The notes under the pieces are model-generated. The model had not been told where the DNA came from. It ran no database searches and saw only the letters and a program-made list of their open reading frames with translations. The position numbers and the translations under genes were made by a program. This document shows, in pieces, positions 24,527 to 32,000 of a stretch of DNA of 32,000 bases (its first letter is position 1; the number at the start of each line of letters is the position of its first letter). This DNA is from Promethearchaeum syntrophicum (lineage in GTDB: Archaea; Asgardarchaeota; Lokiarchaeia; Sigyniarchaeales; Promethearchaeaceae), in NCBI RefSeq assembly GCF_008000775.2, contig NZ_CP042905.2:750001-782000 (forward strand). The letters are read 5' to 3'.

Positions 24527-26425
24527 ATGGATTCACTCGAAAAGTTACGCAAAATAATCAAGGAAAGTATTCCTAAATCTGCTGAAATCACCGATGTCCT
24601 TTATGAAGGGCCAGAAATCTCCGTATATTCAAAAAATGAGAATTTCATTGGAAATGATCATGCTGAAATTAAGAATTTAGTTAAAAAACTAAGAAAACGC
24701 ATAGTTGTGAGATCTGATCCTTCCATTCGTATAGATAATGATGAAACTGTTGCAGTGTTAAAGAAAATAATTCCTGAAGAAGCTGATATTACCAAGATCA
24801 TGTTTAATGAAAACTTGGGAGAGGTAATTGTTGAATGCCGCAAACCCGGTGTAGCGATAGGCAAAGCAGGAGAAAAATTAAAAGAAATCAAAAAACAAAC
24901 ATTTTGGATTCCAAGAGTAATTCGAACCCCTCCAATTGAATCTCGAACTGTCGCTTTAGTTAGATCAATGTTACAAAAAGAAAGGCAAAAACAAAAAAGC
25001 GAGTTCCAAAAAATTGGTAAAAGAATCCATCGCCAATCCATGAAAAGTAAACTAAATATAAAGGTAACTGCATTAGGTAGTTTTCGTGAAGTTGGAAGAT
25101 CTGCTATACTTATTCAAACGAATGAAAGTAGCATACTTTTAGATTGTGGATTAAATGTTGGAAATTCAAAAGATTTATACCCTCTTTTTGATAACGGTAA
25201 TTTTAATATTGAAGATTTAGACGCAGTAATTCTTTCGCATGCACATTTAGATCATTCAGGTTTAGTCCCATTTCTATATAAATATGGTTATGGAGGTCCT
25301 TTGTATTGCACAGAACCCACAATGCATTTATCTACAATGTTACAATTGGATTATTGCAATATTTGTGAACGAGAAGGAAAACCTGCACCTTATTCAAAAA
25401 AAGATATTAAGAACGCTGTTTTACATACTTTTTGCTTAGAATGGGGTAAAGTTACTGATATCACCCCCGATATTAAATTAACCTTACATAATGCTGGACA
25501 TATATTGGGCTCTTCATTGATTCACTTGCATTTTGGAAATGGGGATCATAACCTTGTGTTCACTGGAGATTATAAATTCCAAAGAACAAGATTATTTGAA
25601 GCGGCTTCATGCAAATTCCCGCGTTTAGAAACTTTAATAACGGAATCAACCTATGGTGGAATACAAGATGTTGTGCCTAGTAGATATGAATCTGAAAAAC
25701 AATTAATTCAAATTTTGAATTCTACATTGAGAAAAGGTGGAAAGGTTTTAATCCCTGTGTTAGCTGTTGGTCGCGCACAAGAAGTTATGGTGGTATTAGA
25801 AGACTTCATTTCGAGAAAAATGATTGATCCTGTTCCAATTTTTGTCGACGGAATGATTTCTGAAGCAACAGCCATTCACACGACTCACCCTGATTTTTTA
25901 AATTCTGAACTTCGAGAAAAAATATTCCATCAAGGCAAAAATCCTTTTACAAGTGAAATTTTCACTCAAGTAGATGGATATCAAGCACGTGATGATATTA
26001 TAGCCGGAGGTCCTTGTGTTATCATGGCCACATCTGGAATGCTACAAGGGGGTCCAAGTGTACAATATCTTAAAGGAATTGCTGATGATCCAAATAGTTC
26101 AATATTGTTCTGTTCTTATCAAGTTGAAGGAACTTTAGGTCGCCGAATTCAAAAAGGTTTTCGAGAATTCCAACATTATAGTTCAACAGGTAAACGTTCT
26201 TTAGTTAAAACTAAACTGGCCGTGTTTACTGTCGAAGGTTTTTCTGGCCATAGTTCTAGAAGTCAGATTATTTCATTTATAAGGAAAGTTAAACCTAGAC
26301 CAGAACGGGTTCTCACACTTCATGGAGAGGCCAGTAAATGTATGGGTTTAGCTTCTGTCATTCATAAAAGAATGAAAAGTGAAACGCGAAGTCTTCAAAA
26401 CGGAGAAACAATTGTCTTAAAATAA
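24527..26425 (+). CDS. archaeal CPSF1-type ribonuclease (two N-terminal KH domains + metallo-beta-lactamase/beta-CASP)
   Basis: KH motif: VAIGKAGEKLKEI. MBL motif: LSHAHLDHSG. beta-CASP region: TESTYGG ... GFSGHS ... TLHGE. At 632 aa it has the typical length. Confidence 0.93.
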   Translation: MDSLEKLRKIIKESIPKSAEITDVLYEGPEISVYSKNENFIGNDHAEIKNLVKKLRKRIVVRSDPSIRIDNDETVAVLKKIIPEEADITKIMFNENLGEVIVECRKPGVAIGKAGEKLKEIKKQTFWIPRVIRTPPIESRTVALVRSMLQKERQKQKSEFQKIGKRIHRQSMKSKLNIKVTALGSFREVGRSAILIQTNESSILLDCGLNVGNSKDLYPLFDNGNFNIEDLDAVILSHAHLDHSGLVPFLYKYGYGGPLYCTEPTMHLSTMLQLDYCNICEREGKPAPYSKKDIKNAVLHTFCLEWGKVTDITPDIKLTLHNAGHILGSSLIHLHFGNGDHNLVFTGDYKFQRTRLFEAASCKFPRLETLITESTYGGIQDVVPSRYESEKQLIQILNSTLRKGGKVLIPVLAVGRAQEVMVVLEDFISRKMIDPVPIFVDGMISEATAIHTTHPDFLNSELREKIFHQGKNPFTSEIFTQVDGYQARDDIIAGGPCVIMATSGMLQGGPSVQYLKGIADDPNSSILFCSYQVEGTLGRRIQKGFREFQHYSSTGKRSLVKTKLAVFTVEGFSGHSSRSQIISFIRKVKPRPERVLTLHGEASKCMGLASVIHKRMKSETRSLQNGETIVLK

Positions 26426-26434
26426 AAATCCAAA

Positions 26435-26440
26435 TTTTTT
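26435..26440 (+). terminator. oligo-T tract (T6, followed by CTTTCTTTCT) downstream of aCPSF1
   Basis: tttttt lies 10 nt after the stop at 26423..26425. Confidence 0.3.
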
Positions 26441-26519
26441 CTTTCTTTCTCTTGAAATCAAATGTAAAAAAATTATTGTATAATAACCTTTTTTGGAAAA
26501 AATGGATTTAAAATTTTAA

Positions 26520-27479
26520 ATGGTTGATCAAAATTTAGAGAACAAACCTAAACGCATTCCAGTGCTTGCTATAAGCCGAAAAGTGATTCAAATTATATTT
26601 TTCTTCCTAATTAACTATGTTGCATTAGAAACAATTTTTAACGCGGATTTTTCATTATTAGAAGATCTTCTTAAAGTTCTCCCATTTTTACACTCAGCTA
26701 AAAGTTCTTGGACGGTGGGGGCAGGACTTTTAGAATATAGCTTCTATACAATATCTGAAGGACATTTTCCATTCTTCTTTATTGCAGTTATTTCTTTATT
26801 GGGTTTATTTGGTGGTAGGATATTCTGTGGATGGGCATGCCCAACAGGTTTTATCCAAGATTTACTTTACTCATTGTCTGGTGAAAATAAACGTTTTTCA
26901 TTAGAGGTAGACAGATCTTTGAAAAAAGTCAAATTCTTTGGTTTAATTGCTATGATTGTTCTTATCACTCCACTGGGTATTTACCGGATATCGGATGTAA
27001 CTGCTTATATAGGGTATGCAGATTTCTTAGGTGATTTAACTGATAACATGATTGCTCCGATATCCCTATCAGAATTTCTATTTGTGACATTTCCCGGTGT
27101 GATTCAATCAATTATTGAGAATGTTAATTTACAAGCTCTCTTTTCAGAAGGAAAAGCATGGAGTACCATTCTATTTTTCTTATATATTATAATCCTTGTA
27201 TTAAATGTATTCTGGCCACGAGCATATTGTAAATATTTATGTCCTTATGGAGCAGCAATTTCATTTTCAGCAAGATATTCATTGGTAAAATTACAACGAA
27301 AACCAACACGTTGTCCTGGAAGAAAAGAATGTGGAGTATGCGAAAAAGTATGTCCAATGCAAATAAGAATTTTGGATGAAGATTTCTCTGGTTTTACTGG
27401 AAAAGGAGAATGTACATTATGTTTAGAATGTATGGAAAAATGCCCACATGACGCTATTAAATGGCGATTCGGGGCTTAA
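26520..27479 (+). CDS. polytopic membrane 4Fe-4S binding protein (NapH/MauN/NosR-like polyferredoxin)
   Basis: Several TM helices. CGWACPTG and CKYLCPYG motifs. Two C-terminal ferredoxin clusters: CGVCEKVCP and CTLCLECMEKCP. Confidence 0.85.
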   Translation: MVDQNLENKPKRIPVLAISRKVIQIIFFFLINYVALETIFNADFSLLEDLLKVLPFLHSAKSSWTVGAGLLEYSFYTISEGHFPFFFIAVISLLGLFGGRIFCGWACPTGFIQDLLYSLSGENKRFSLEVDRSLKKVKFFGLIAMIVLITPLGIYRISDVTAYIGYADFLGDLTDNMIAPISLSEFLFVTFPGVIQSIIENVNLQALFSEGKAWSTILFFLYIIILVLNVFWPRAYCKYLCPYGAAISFSARYSLVKLQRKPTRCPGRKECGVCEKVCPMQIRILDEDFSGFTGKGECTLCLECMEKCPHDAIKWRFGA

Positions 27480-27483
27480 TTTT

Positions 27484-28245
27484 TTATTTTTTATACAAAC
27501 ATATTGCAAGAGGAACACTTGCACTTCTTAGTTCGGCAATTTTTCCATTGTAGTTAAGATCAATTTTATTCCTACCATGATTTCCGATAACTAACATTAA
27601 AGATTTGCTTCTAAGTTGTTTAAATTGGCTTAAAATCCATTTATCTGTTCTTTTAATTAATTTTTGGGTTAATTCTTCTGGAGTATTAATTCCAGTTCTC
27701 TTTCTTTTATTATAAAGTTCTTCAAAATCAAGCCAGTGTAATATACTTAAGTGATGACGGTTAATCACTTTAGCAGCTTCAATCCAAGTTGCCATATCTG
27801 TCGATTTAGCAATGGAAGGAGTCCCCCCATCATATCTTTTTATGTCTTTTTGGCGACCTACAAAAACAGATGATTTTTTGTTTTCTTGAATATACCTTAA
27901 CAAATGAAACCCGTTTGGTTCATAATCAAAGCCTCCAAAAAACATTTGGTGGAACATTCCGAGGGTATAAGGGTTTTTTGTTGATAATAAGACAAGCGCA
28001 TTGGCTTTTGAAATAAGAAATTGGGGTTTATAATAAGTAATCTCGAATAAACCAAAGGAATCTAATACATTGATTATAATTCTATCAACTCCTTTACTTG
28101 CGAATAAATCAACCACCGGTTGGATAGGTTGTGGTATATTTGTCGGAGGGGTAATATTTAATAATTTAAGAATGGTTGCGGGAACACTGGTCAGAGAACC
28201 CTCGAGAGTGGGCATAGCTTCTTGAGATTCGGTCATAATAAACAC
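27484..28245 (-). CDS. hypothetical protein, possibly a divergent alkaline-phosphatase/nucleotide-pyrophosphatase superfamily member
   Basis: RIIINVLDSFG resembles the first metal-site strand. NPYTLGMFHQMFFGG resembles the nucleophile-Thr region. LHWLDFEELY...LMLVIGNHGR resembles the D..H / DHG metal sites but carries substitutions. The assignment is weak. Confidence 0.5.
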   Translation of the reverse strand: MFIMTESQEAMPTLEGSLTSVPATILKLLNITPPTNIPQPIQPVVDLFASKGVDRIIINVLDSFGLFEITYYKPQFLISKANALVLLSTKNPYTLGMFHQMFFGGFDYEPNGFHLLRYIQENKKSSVFVGRQKDIKRYDGGTPSIAKSTDMATWIEAAKVINRHHLSILHWLDFEELYNKRKRTGINTPEELTQKLIKRTDKWILSQFKQLRSKSLMLVIGNHGRNKIDLNYNGKIAELRSASVPLAICLYKK

Positions 28246-28270
28246 TTATAGGTATTTTTCTAGATACTAA

Positions 28271-28311
28271 GTTACTTATGTAAATTTACTTATGTAAATT
28301 TGGATCATTGA
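28271..28311. promoter_or_regulatory. putative operator module, copy 1: tandem 14-bp palindromic units (G/T)TTACTTATGTAAA x2 followed by TTTGGATCATT
   Basis: gttacttatgtaaa at 28271..28284 plus tttacttatgtaaa at 28285..28298. TTTAC-N4-GTAAA is self-complementary. The module starts 25 nt upstream of the minus-strand gene start at 28245. Confidence 0.45.
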
Positions 28312-28364
28312 TTGAAATTACTTTTTAAAGATTTATAAACACAAAGATTTTTCTTGAATTTGTG

Positions 28365-28403
28365 TTAAATAAGTAAATTTACTTATGTAAATATTTGATC
28401 ATT
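28365..28403. promoter_or_regulatory. putative operator module, copy 2: degenerate unit TTAAATAAGTAAA + perfect TTTACTTATGTAAA followed by TATTTGATCATT
   Basis: ttaaataagtaaa at 28365..28377 (10/13 match to the unit), then tttacttatgtaaa at 28378..28391. The module ends 25 nt upstream of the GH20-like ATG at 28429. It has the same orientation and architecture as copy 1. Confidence 0.45.
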
Positions 28404-28428
28404 AAATTATATGGAGAGAATTTTTTAA

Positions 28429-31038
28429 ATGTACAATCCCATTCAAATTATCTTCAAATGTAATTCAATAGAAAAAAACATGCATCTACAAGACAGAGAC
28501 CTTTCGGTTCATATCCTCCCTTATCCTAACCAAATTTCTATTTCCAACCTTCAGATTTGTCTTCCATTAAATGTGAAAGGATTTTTGAAAAACATTAGTG
28601 CATCTCATGATTTACTAAAGCAAATTCAATCTGAAATGGAAAAAGATTTTCAAATAAACGTTGAATGGGAAAGGATCAATTTAGAAAGATATAAAAAAGA
28701 TTTAGGTATTCTAAATTCAGATCAAGAAAAAGAAGGGTATGTTTTAAATATTGAAAGTGAAGAAATTATAATTCAAGCGGCTTCATTAAATGGTTTGTTT
28801 TATGGATTTCAATCCCTTAGACAGATTCTTTTAGGGGCTTTTCAATTCAAATCTGAAAATAGTGAAGGCTTCATCCTTCCTCAATTAAATATCGTTGATT
28901 GGCCATGTCTGAAAATAAGAGGCATCGCTGATGATATTTCACGTGGACAAGTACCGACAATTGAGAGTGCTAAGCATTTTATTAGAGATATTAGTAGATT
29001 TAAAAATAATTATTATGCTCTATATATGGAAGATATGTTTAAATGTTCAAAACATCCAAAAATAGGAAAAAACCGTGGAGCATTTACACCTGAAGAATTA
29101 ATTGAATTGGATCGTTATGCAAAATCGCGTTTTGTTACTTTAATTCCGATTTTTGAAACATTAGGTCATTTTGATAACATTCTAACAATTCCAGAATATC
29201 AAAATCTTGGAGAATTCCCAGGAGCTCAATGTTTATCTATAGCGAATGGGAATATTTATCCTCTTTTACGAGATTTCATTGGAGAATTAAGCCCATGTTT
29301 TTCTTCAAAAATGATCCATATTGGTGGTGATGAATCTTTTGATTTTGGAAAGGGAAATTCAAAGGATTTAATTGATGCAGTTGGAATGGATAGAGCTTTA
29401 TTAGATCATTATCGTAAGATATATAATATTTCTAAAGAAAGCGGTAATGAAAAAATGATCATATATCATGATGTAGTTATGAAATATCCACTTCTACTTA
29501 ACCAATTGCCCAAAGATCTAATTTTTATGTATTGGGATTATGTCCCCAAAAAAAACTATGTAAAACTTAAGAGAATAGTAGAAGAGGGATTTCCTGTAAT
29601 TGTTAGCCCTTCAATGTTATGTTGGAGTAGACATTTTCCGAATTATAATGTTTCGGCAGTGAATATAATTAATTTAATTGAATATGCCAAAGGGATAATG
29701 AAGGACTCCGATCAAATTCTTGGGCAATTAAATAGTACTTGGGGTGATTTTTCCAATCATAATTTGCGAGAAAATAATATTTATGGGGCAATTCTCTCAG
29801 GAACTGCCAGTTGGACTATTTCAAAGGTAGATTATAAATCTTTTATTAAAGATTTAGGTTATTGTTTTTTTGGTTTGAAAAAATTAAGTGATATAAATGA
29901 TTTCTATCACATATTCTTTAATTTAACCAATATCAATAAATTTTATCAGAGAAGACCAAGAGTCGCTATTCAAAATTTCTATAATTTCTTATATCGCCAT
30001 CCTTTTTTTGATGAAAAACTAAAACCAAATTGCAGAAATTATAAAAAAATATTAACAAACATAGTAGAGATCATTAGTAAATTTAATAATTTAAATGGGA
30101 AAATTTCAATTAATTTTGAATATCTACCTTATATTGAATATTCTATAAAAATTGCTCAGATTTTTGCAGAGAAAGATGTACTTAGGGTAAATATAAATTC
30201 AAAATTGAAGAACTATGAATCCGGAGCAATACCAACTGAAATCAAGGAAGAAATTTCTAAAAATCTAAAATTTTTCAAACAAAAAATCAAATATCTATTA
30301 ATAGAATACGAAAGATTATGGAAATTTTGTGCGAAGGAACCGAATCTTCAATATCCGTTAACAAAATTTAAAAATCTATATAAATTTATTGAAGAGAAAG
30401 AAAAACAAATAGAAAATGATATCACTTTTATAAATCCACTATTACCTTCAGCTTATATCTGGACTAATGAACGTATTTCCTATCCAAAATCAAGGTATTT
30501 TCGAAAAGAAATCTATATTGAGGGGAAAATCTTAGAAGCAAAAATTCAAGCAATTATTGGCAATTTTGGTCATATTTCCATTAATGGGGAATATATTGGA
30601 ACTGTTTCAAGTCGTTTTTCGCTTTCAATTCTGCCTTTGAAAAATTCAATTCGCGTTTTTGATATTAAAAACCATTTAAAAACAGGGAAAAATATAATTG
30701 AGATAGATGCTAACCATTATCTCGAAACTAAGGGATTTTTAAATATATATATGGTGTATAAAGAAGAAAAATTAGATAAATCGATTCTAAATCACGAAAT
30801 TATATCTGATTCTTCATGGATGTATATTTATGATAAAACCCCAATTGAAAAAAAATGGAAAAGTGTCAAAGTTCTCGGTTATTCACCAAAAATTAATAGT
30901 TATATATACAAACCTTCTTTACTTGATGGAGAAAGAAGTTATACCGAGGATACCTTTGGTTTTAAAAATCGCTATTATTTCATTTCTCTAATATTTGGAA
31001 AATTTCTTGCCAAAATTATTCGATTTTTCATAGCTTAA
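28429..31038 (+). CDS. glycoside hydrolase family 20-like (beta-N-acetylhexosaminidase-like) protein with a C-terminal galactose-binding-like domain and hydrophobic tail
   Basis: IVDWPCLKIRGIADDISRGQVP...NNYYALYMED, ETLGHFD and MIHIGGDESFDFG (GH20 D-E pair). C-terminal jelly-roll-like segment YFRKEIYIEGKILEAKIQAI...ISINGEYIG. Terminal hydrophobic YYFISLIFGKFLAKIIRFFIA. Confidence 0.78.
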   Translation: MYNPIQIIFKCNSIEKNMHLQDRDLSVHILPYPNQISISNLQICLPLNVKGFLKNISASHDLLKQIQSEMEKDFQINVEWERINLERYKKDLGILNSDQEKEGYVLNIESEEIIIQAASLNGLFYGFQSLRQILLGAFQFKSENSEGFILPQLNIVDWPCLKIRGIADDISRGQVPTIESAKHFIRDISRFKNNYYALYMEDMFKCSKHPKIGKNRGAFTPEELIELDRYAKSRFVTLIPIFETLGHFDNILTIPEYQNLGEFPGAQCLSIANGNIYPLLRDFIGELSPCFSSKMIHIGGDESFDFGKGNSKDLIDAVGMDRALLDHYRKIYNISKESGNEKMIIYHDVVMKYPLLLNQLPKDLIFMYWDYVPKKNYVKLKRIVEEGFPVIVSPSMLCWSRHFPNYNVSAVNIINLIEYAKGIMKDSDQILGQLNSTWGDFSNHNLRENNIYGAILSGTASWTISKVDYKSFIKDLGYCFFGLKKLSDINDFYHIFFNLTNINKFYQRRPRVAIQNFYNFLYRHPFFDEKLKPNCRNYKKILTNIVEIISKFNNLNGKISINFEYLPYIEYSIKIAQIFAEKDVLRVNINSKLKNYESGAIPTEIKEEISKNLKFFKQKIKYLLIEYERLWKFCAKEPNLQYPLTKFKNLYKFIEEKEKQIENDITFINPLLPSAYIWTNERISYPKSRYFRKEIYIEGKILEAKIQAIIGNFGHISINGEYIGTVSSRFSLSILPLKNSIRVFDIKNHLKTGKNIIEIDANHYLETKGFLNIYMVYKEEKLDKSILNHEIISDSSWMYIYDKTPIEKKWKSVKVLGYSPKINSYIYKPSLLDGERSYTEDTFGFKNRYYFISLIFGKFLAKIIRFFIA

Positions 31039-31088
31039 CACAAGATAAGATAAAATTTTTTTACTTAGTATTTCTTAATCCATTTAAT

Positions 31089-32000
31089 ATGGAACTTTTG
31101 TTTATAGATTGTGAATATTCGGGCATTTCAGGGGATTTATTGTTATCAAGCTTAAGTTCCATAATAGGAATTGATAAAGTAAAAGCTTATCTCGAAAAAA
31201 TTTTAAATAATCTCCCAGTAAAGCAAAATTTTTCAATGGATTTCATATCTAAGAAAACCAATGGTATTATAGGAAATTATTTCAATTTTCAAATAAAAAA
31301 TCACGATTTAAATTCTCATCTAGCTACAATTTCTTCCAAAAAAGATCAAAATTTTGTTGTTCGTCCAGAAAAACATGACCATTCTACATATAAAATTCAG
31401 GATATGAGAAAAGATCTTAATTTAGCATTAAATTTATTTGATTCCAAAGAAACTACTAAGGAAGTTGCACGAATTGCTTTGGAAAAGATTTTTTCTGCGG
31501 AATCTCAAGTTCATGGTATTCCATTAGAGGAAGTTCATCTACATGAAATTGGATCAATAGATACAATTATCGATATATCTGGTACTATGTTCTGTCTTCA
31601 AGAATTGGGAGTATTTAATGAAACTAACAATACACAAATTTTTATTTCACCAGTTAACGTTGGAAATGGAAAAATTAAAACTGCACACGGAATAATGCAA
31701 GTTCCTGCTCCCGCTACCGCTAAAATATTAGAATTAAACCAAATTAGCTTTATTTTTGGCGCAGTCAATTTTGAACTTGCGACACCTACTGGGGTTGCGA
31801 TATTAGCTAGTCTTAAAGAATTAAAATTACTTTCAGAAAAAAAACCAACGTTTCCATATAAAATAAAAAAAATTGGAAAGGGTGTTGGAACTTATGACTT
31901 ACCAAATCAAGCAAATTTATTACGAGTTTTTTATGGATATAAAGAAAATTTGACCTATAATGACAATAAAACAAATCGTTATTCAACAATTTACACTTTA
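31089..32000 (+). CDS. larC: LarC-family nickel insertion protein (DUF111; pyridinium-3,5-bisthiocarboxylate mononucleotide nickel chelatase), 5' part; continues beyond the window
   Basis: My translation from ATG 31089 is open to the window end (304 codons): MELLFIDCEYSGISGDLLLSSL..., EVHLHEIGSIDTIIDISG, FELATPTGVAILASL. It is not in the ORF track because there is no stop in-window. Confidence 0.85.
   Translation, partial: MELLFIDCEYSGISGDLLLSSLSSIIGIDKVKAYLEKILNNLPVKQNFSMDFISKKTNGIIGNYFNFQIKNHDLNSHLATISSKKDQNFVVRPEKHDHSTYKIQDMRKDLNLALNLFDSKETTKEVARIALEKIFSAESQVHGIPLEEVHLHEIGSIDTIIDISGTMFCLQELGVFNETNNTQIFISPVNVGNGKIKTAHGIMQVPAPATAKILELNQISFIFGAVNFELATPTGVAILASLKELKLLSEKKPTFPYKIKKIGKGVGTYDLPNQANLLRVFYGYKENLTYNDNKTNRYSTIYTL

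Noticed and set aside
26502-26522. Five-codon uORF (ATG GAT TTA AAA TTT TAA) abutting the ATG of the polyferredoxin gene
   Set aside because: Such mini-ORFs are expected by chance in AT-rich leaders, and nothing supports a function.
28271-28403. Possibility that the repeated TTTACTTATGTAAA elements are a CRISPR array or MITE
   Set aside because: There are only two module copies, the units are 14 bp (too short for CRISPR repeats), and they are arranged as tandem dimers in a divergent promoter. No cas genes, target-site duplications or terminal inverted repeats bound a discrete element. An operator or promoter interpretation is preferred.
1-32000. Search for tRNA, rRNA, C/D-box sRNA, transposase/integrase genes, inteins and prophage boundaries
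   Set aside because: The intergenic regions have no GC-rich, structured segments typical of archaeal tRNAs or rRNAs. No ORF carries DDE, serine or tyrosine recombinase motifs. The thermosome and aCPSF1 have normal lengths with no intein-sized insertions.

Overview
AT-rich, tightly packed archaeal chromosomal segment. I ran no searches, so all family calls rest on motif recognition by eye. I support 28 protein-coding genes. That count includes two edge-truncated genes missing from the supplied track: 3..329 (+) and larC at 31089..32000 (+). I saw no rRNA, tRNA, CRISPR array, transposase or integrase. Archaeal information-processing genes are clear: aIF-1A, Spt5, thermosome and aCPSF1. Together with an eL22-like ribosomal protein, two leucine-rich-repeat (LRR) proteins and the low GC, they suggest an Asgard (Loki-like) archaeon; this is inference. 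Metabolic content includes a co-directional cluster of PurE-like, ribose-1,5-bisphosphate isomerase, form III RuBisCO, eL22-like and CitG-like genes. It also includes aroE-aroD, GH2-like and GH20-like glycosidase genes, a polyferredoxin-type membrane protein and larC. The best candidates for undescribed biology are five. (1) An orphan module at 517..3877: a 230-aa all-alpha protein plus an 877-aa protein with a single DFDGDG loop. (2) A novel C-terminal domain shared by two otherwise different LRR proteins. (3) A possible longin/roadblock plus winged-helix protein just downstream of an Spt5 that carries an unusual acidic tail. (4) The RuBisCO cluster with CitG-like and PurE-like partners and no AMP phosphorylase in the window. 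(5) A duplicated palindromic operator module in the divergent promoter of a GH20-like/alkaline-phosphatase-like gene pair. In addition, the conserved aroD N-terminus lies upstream of any canonical start codon.
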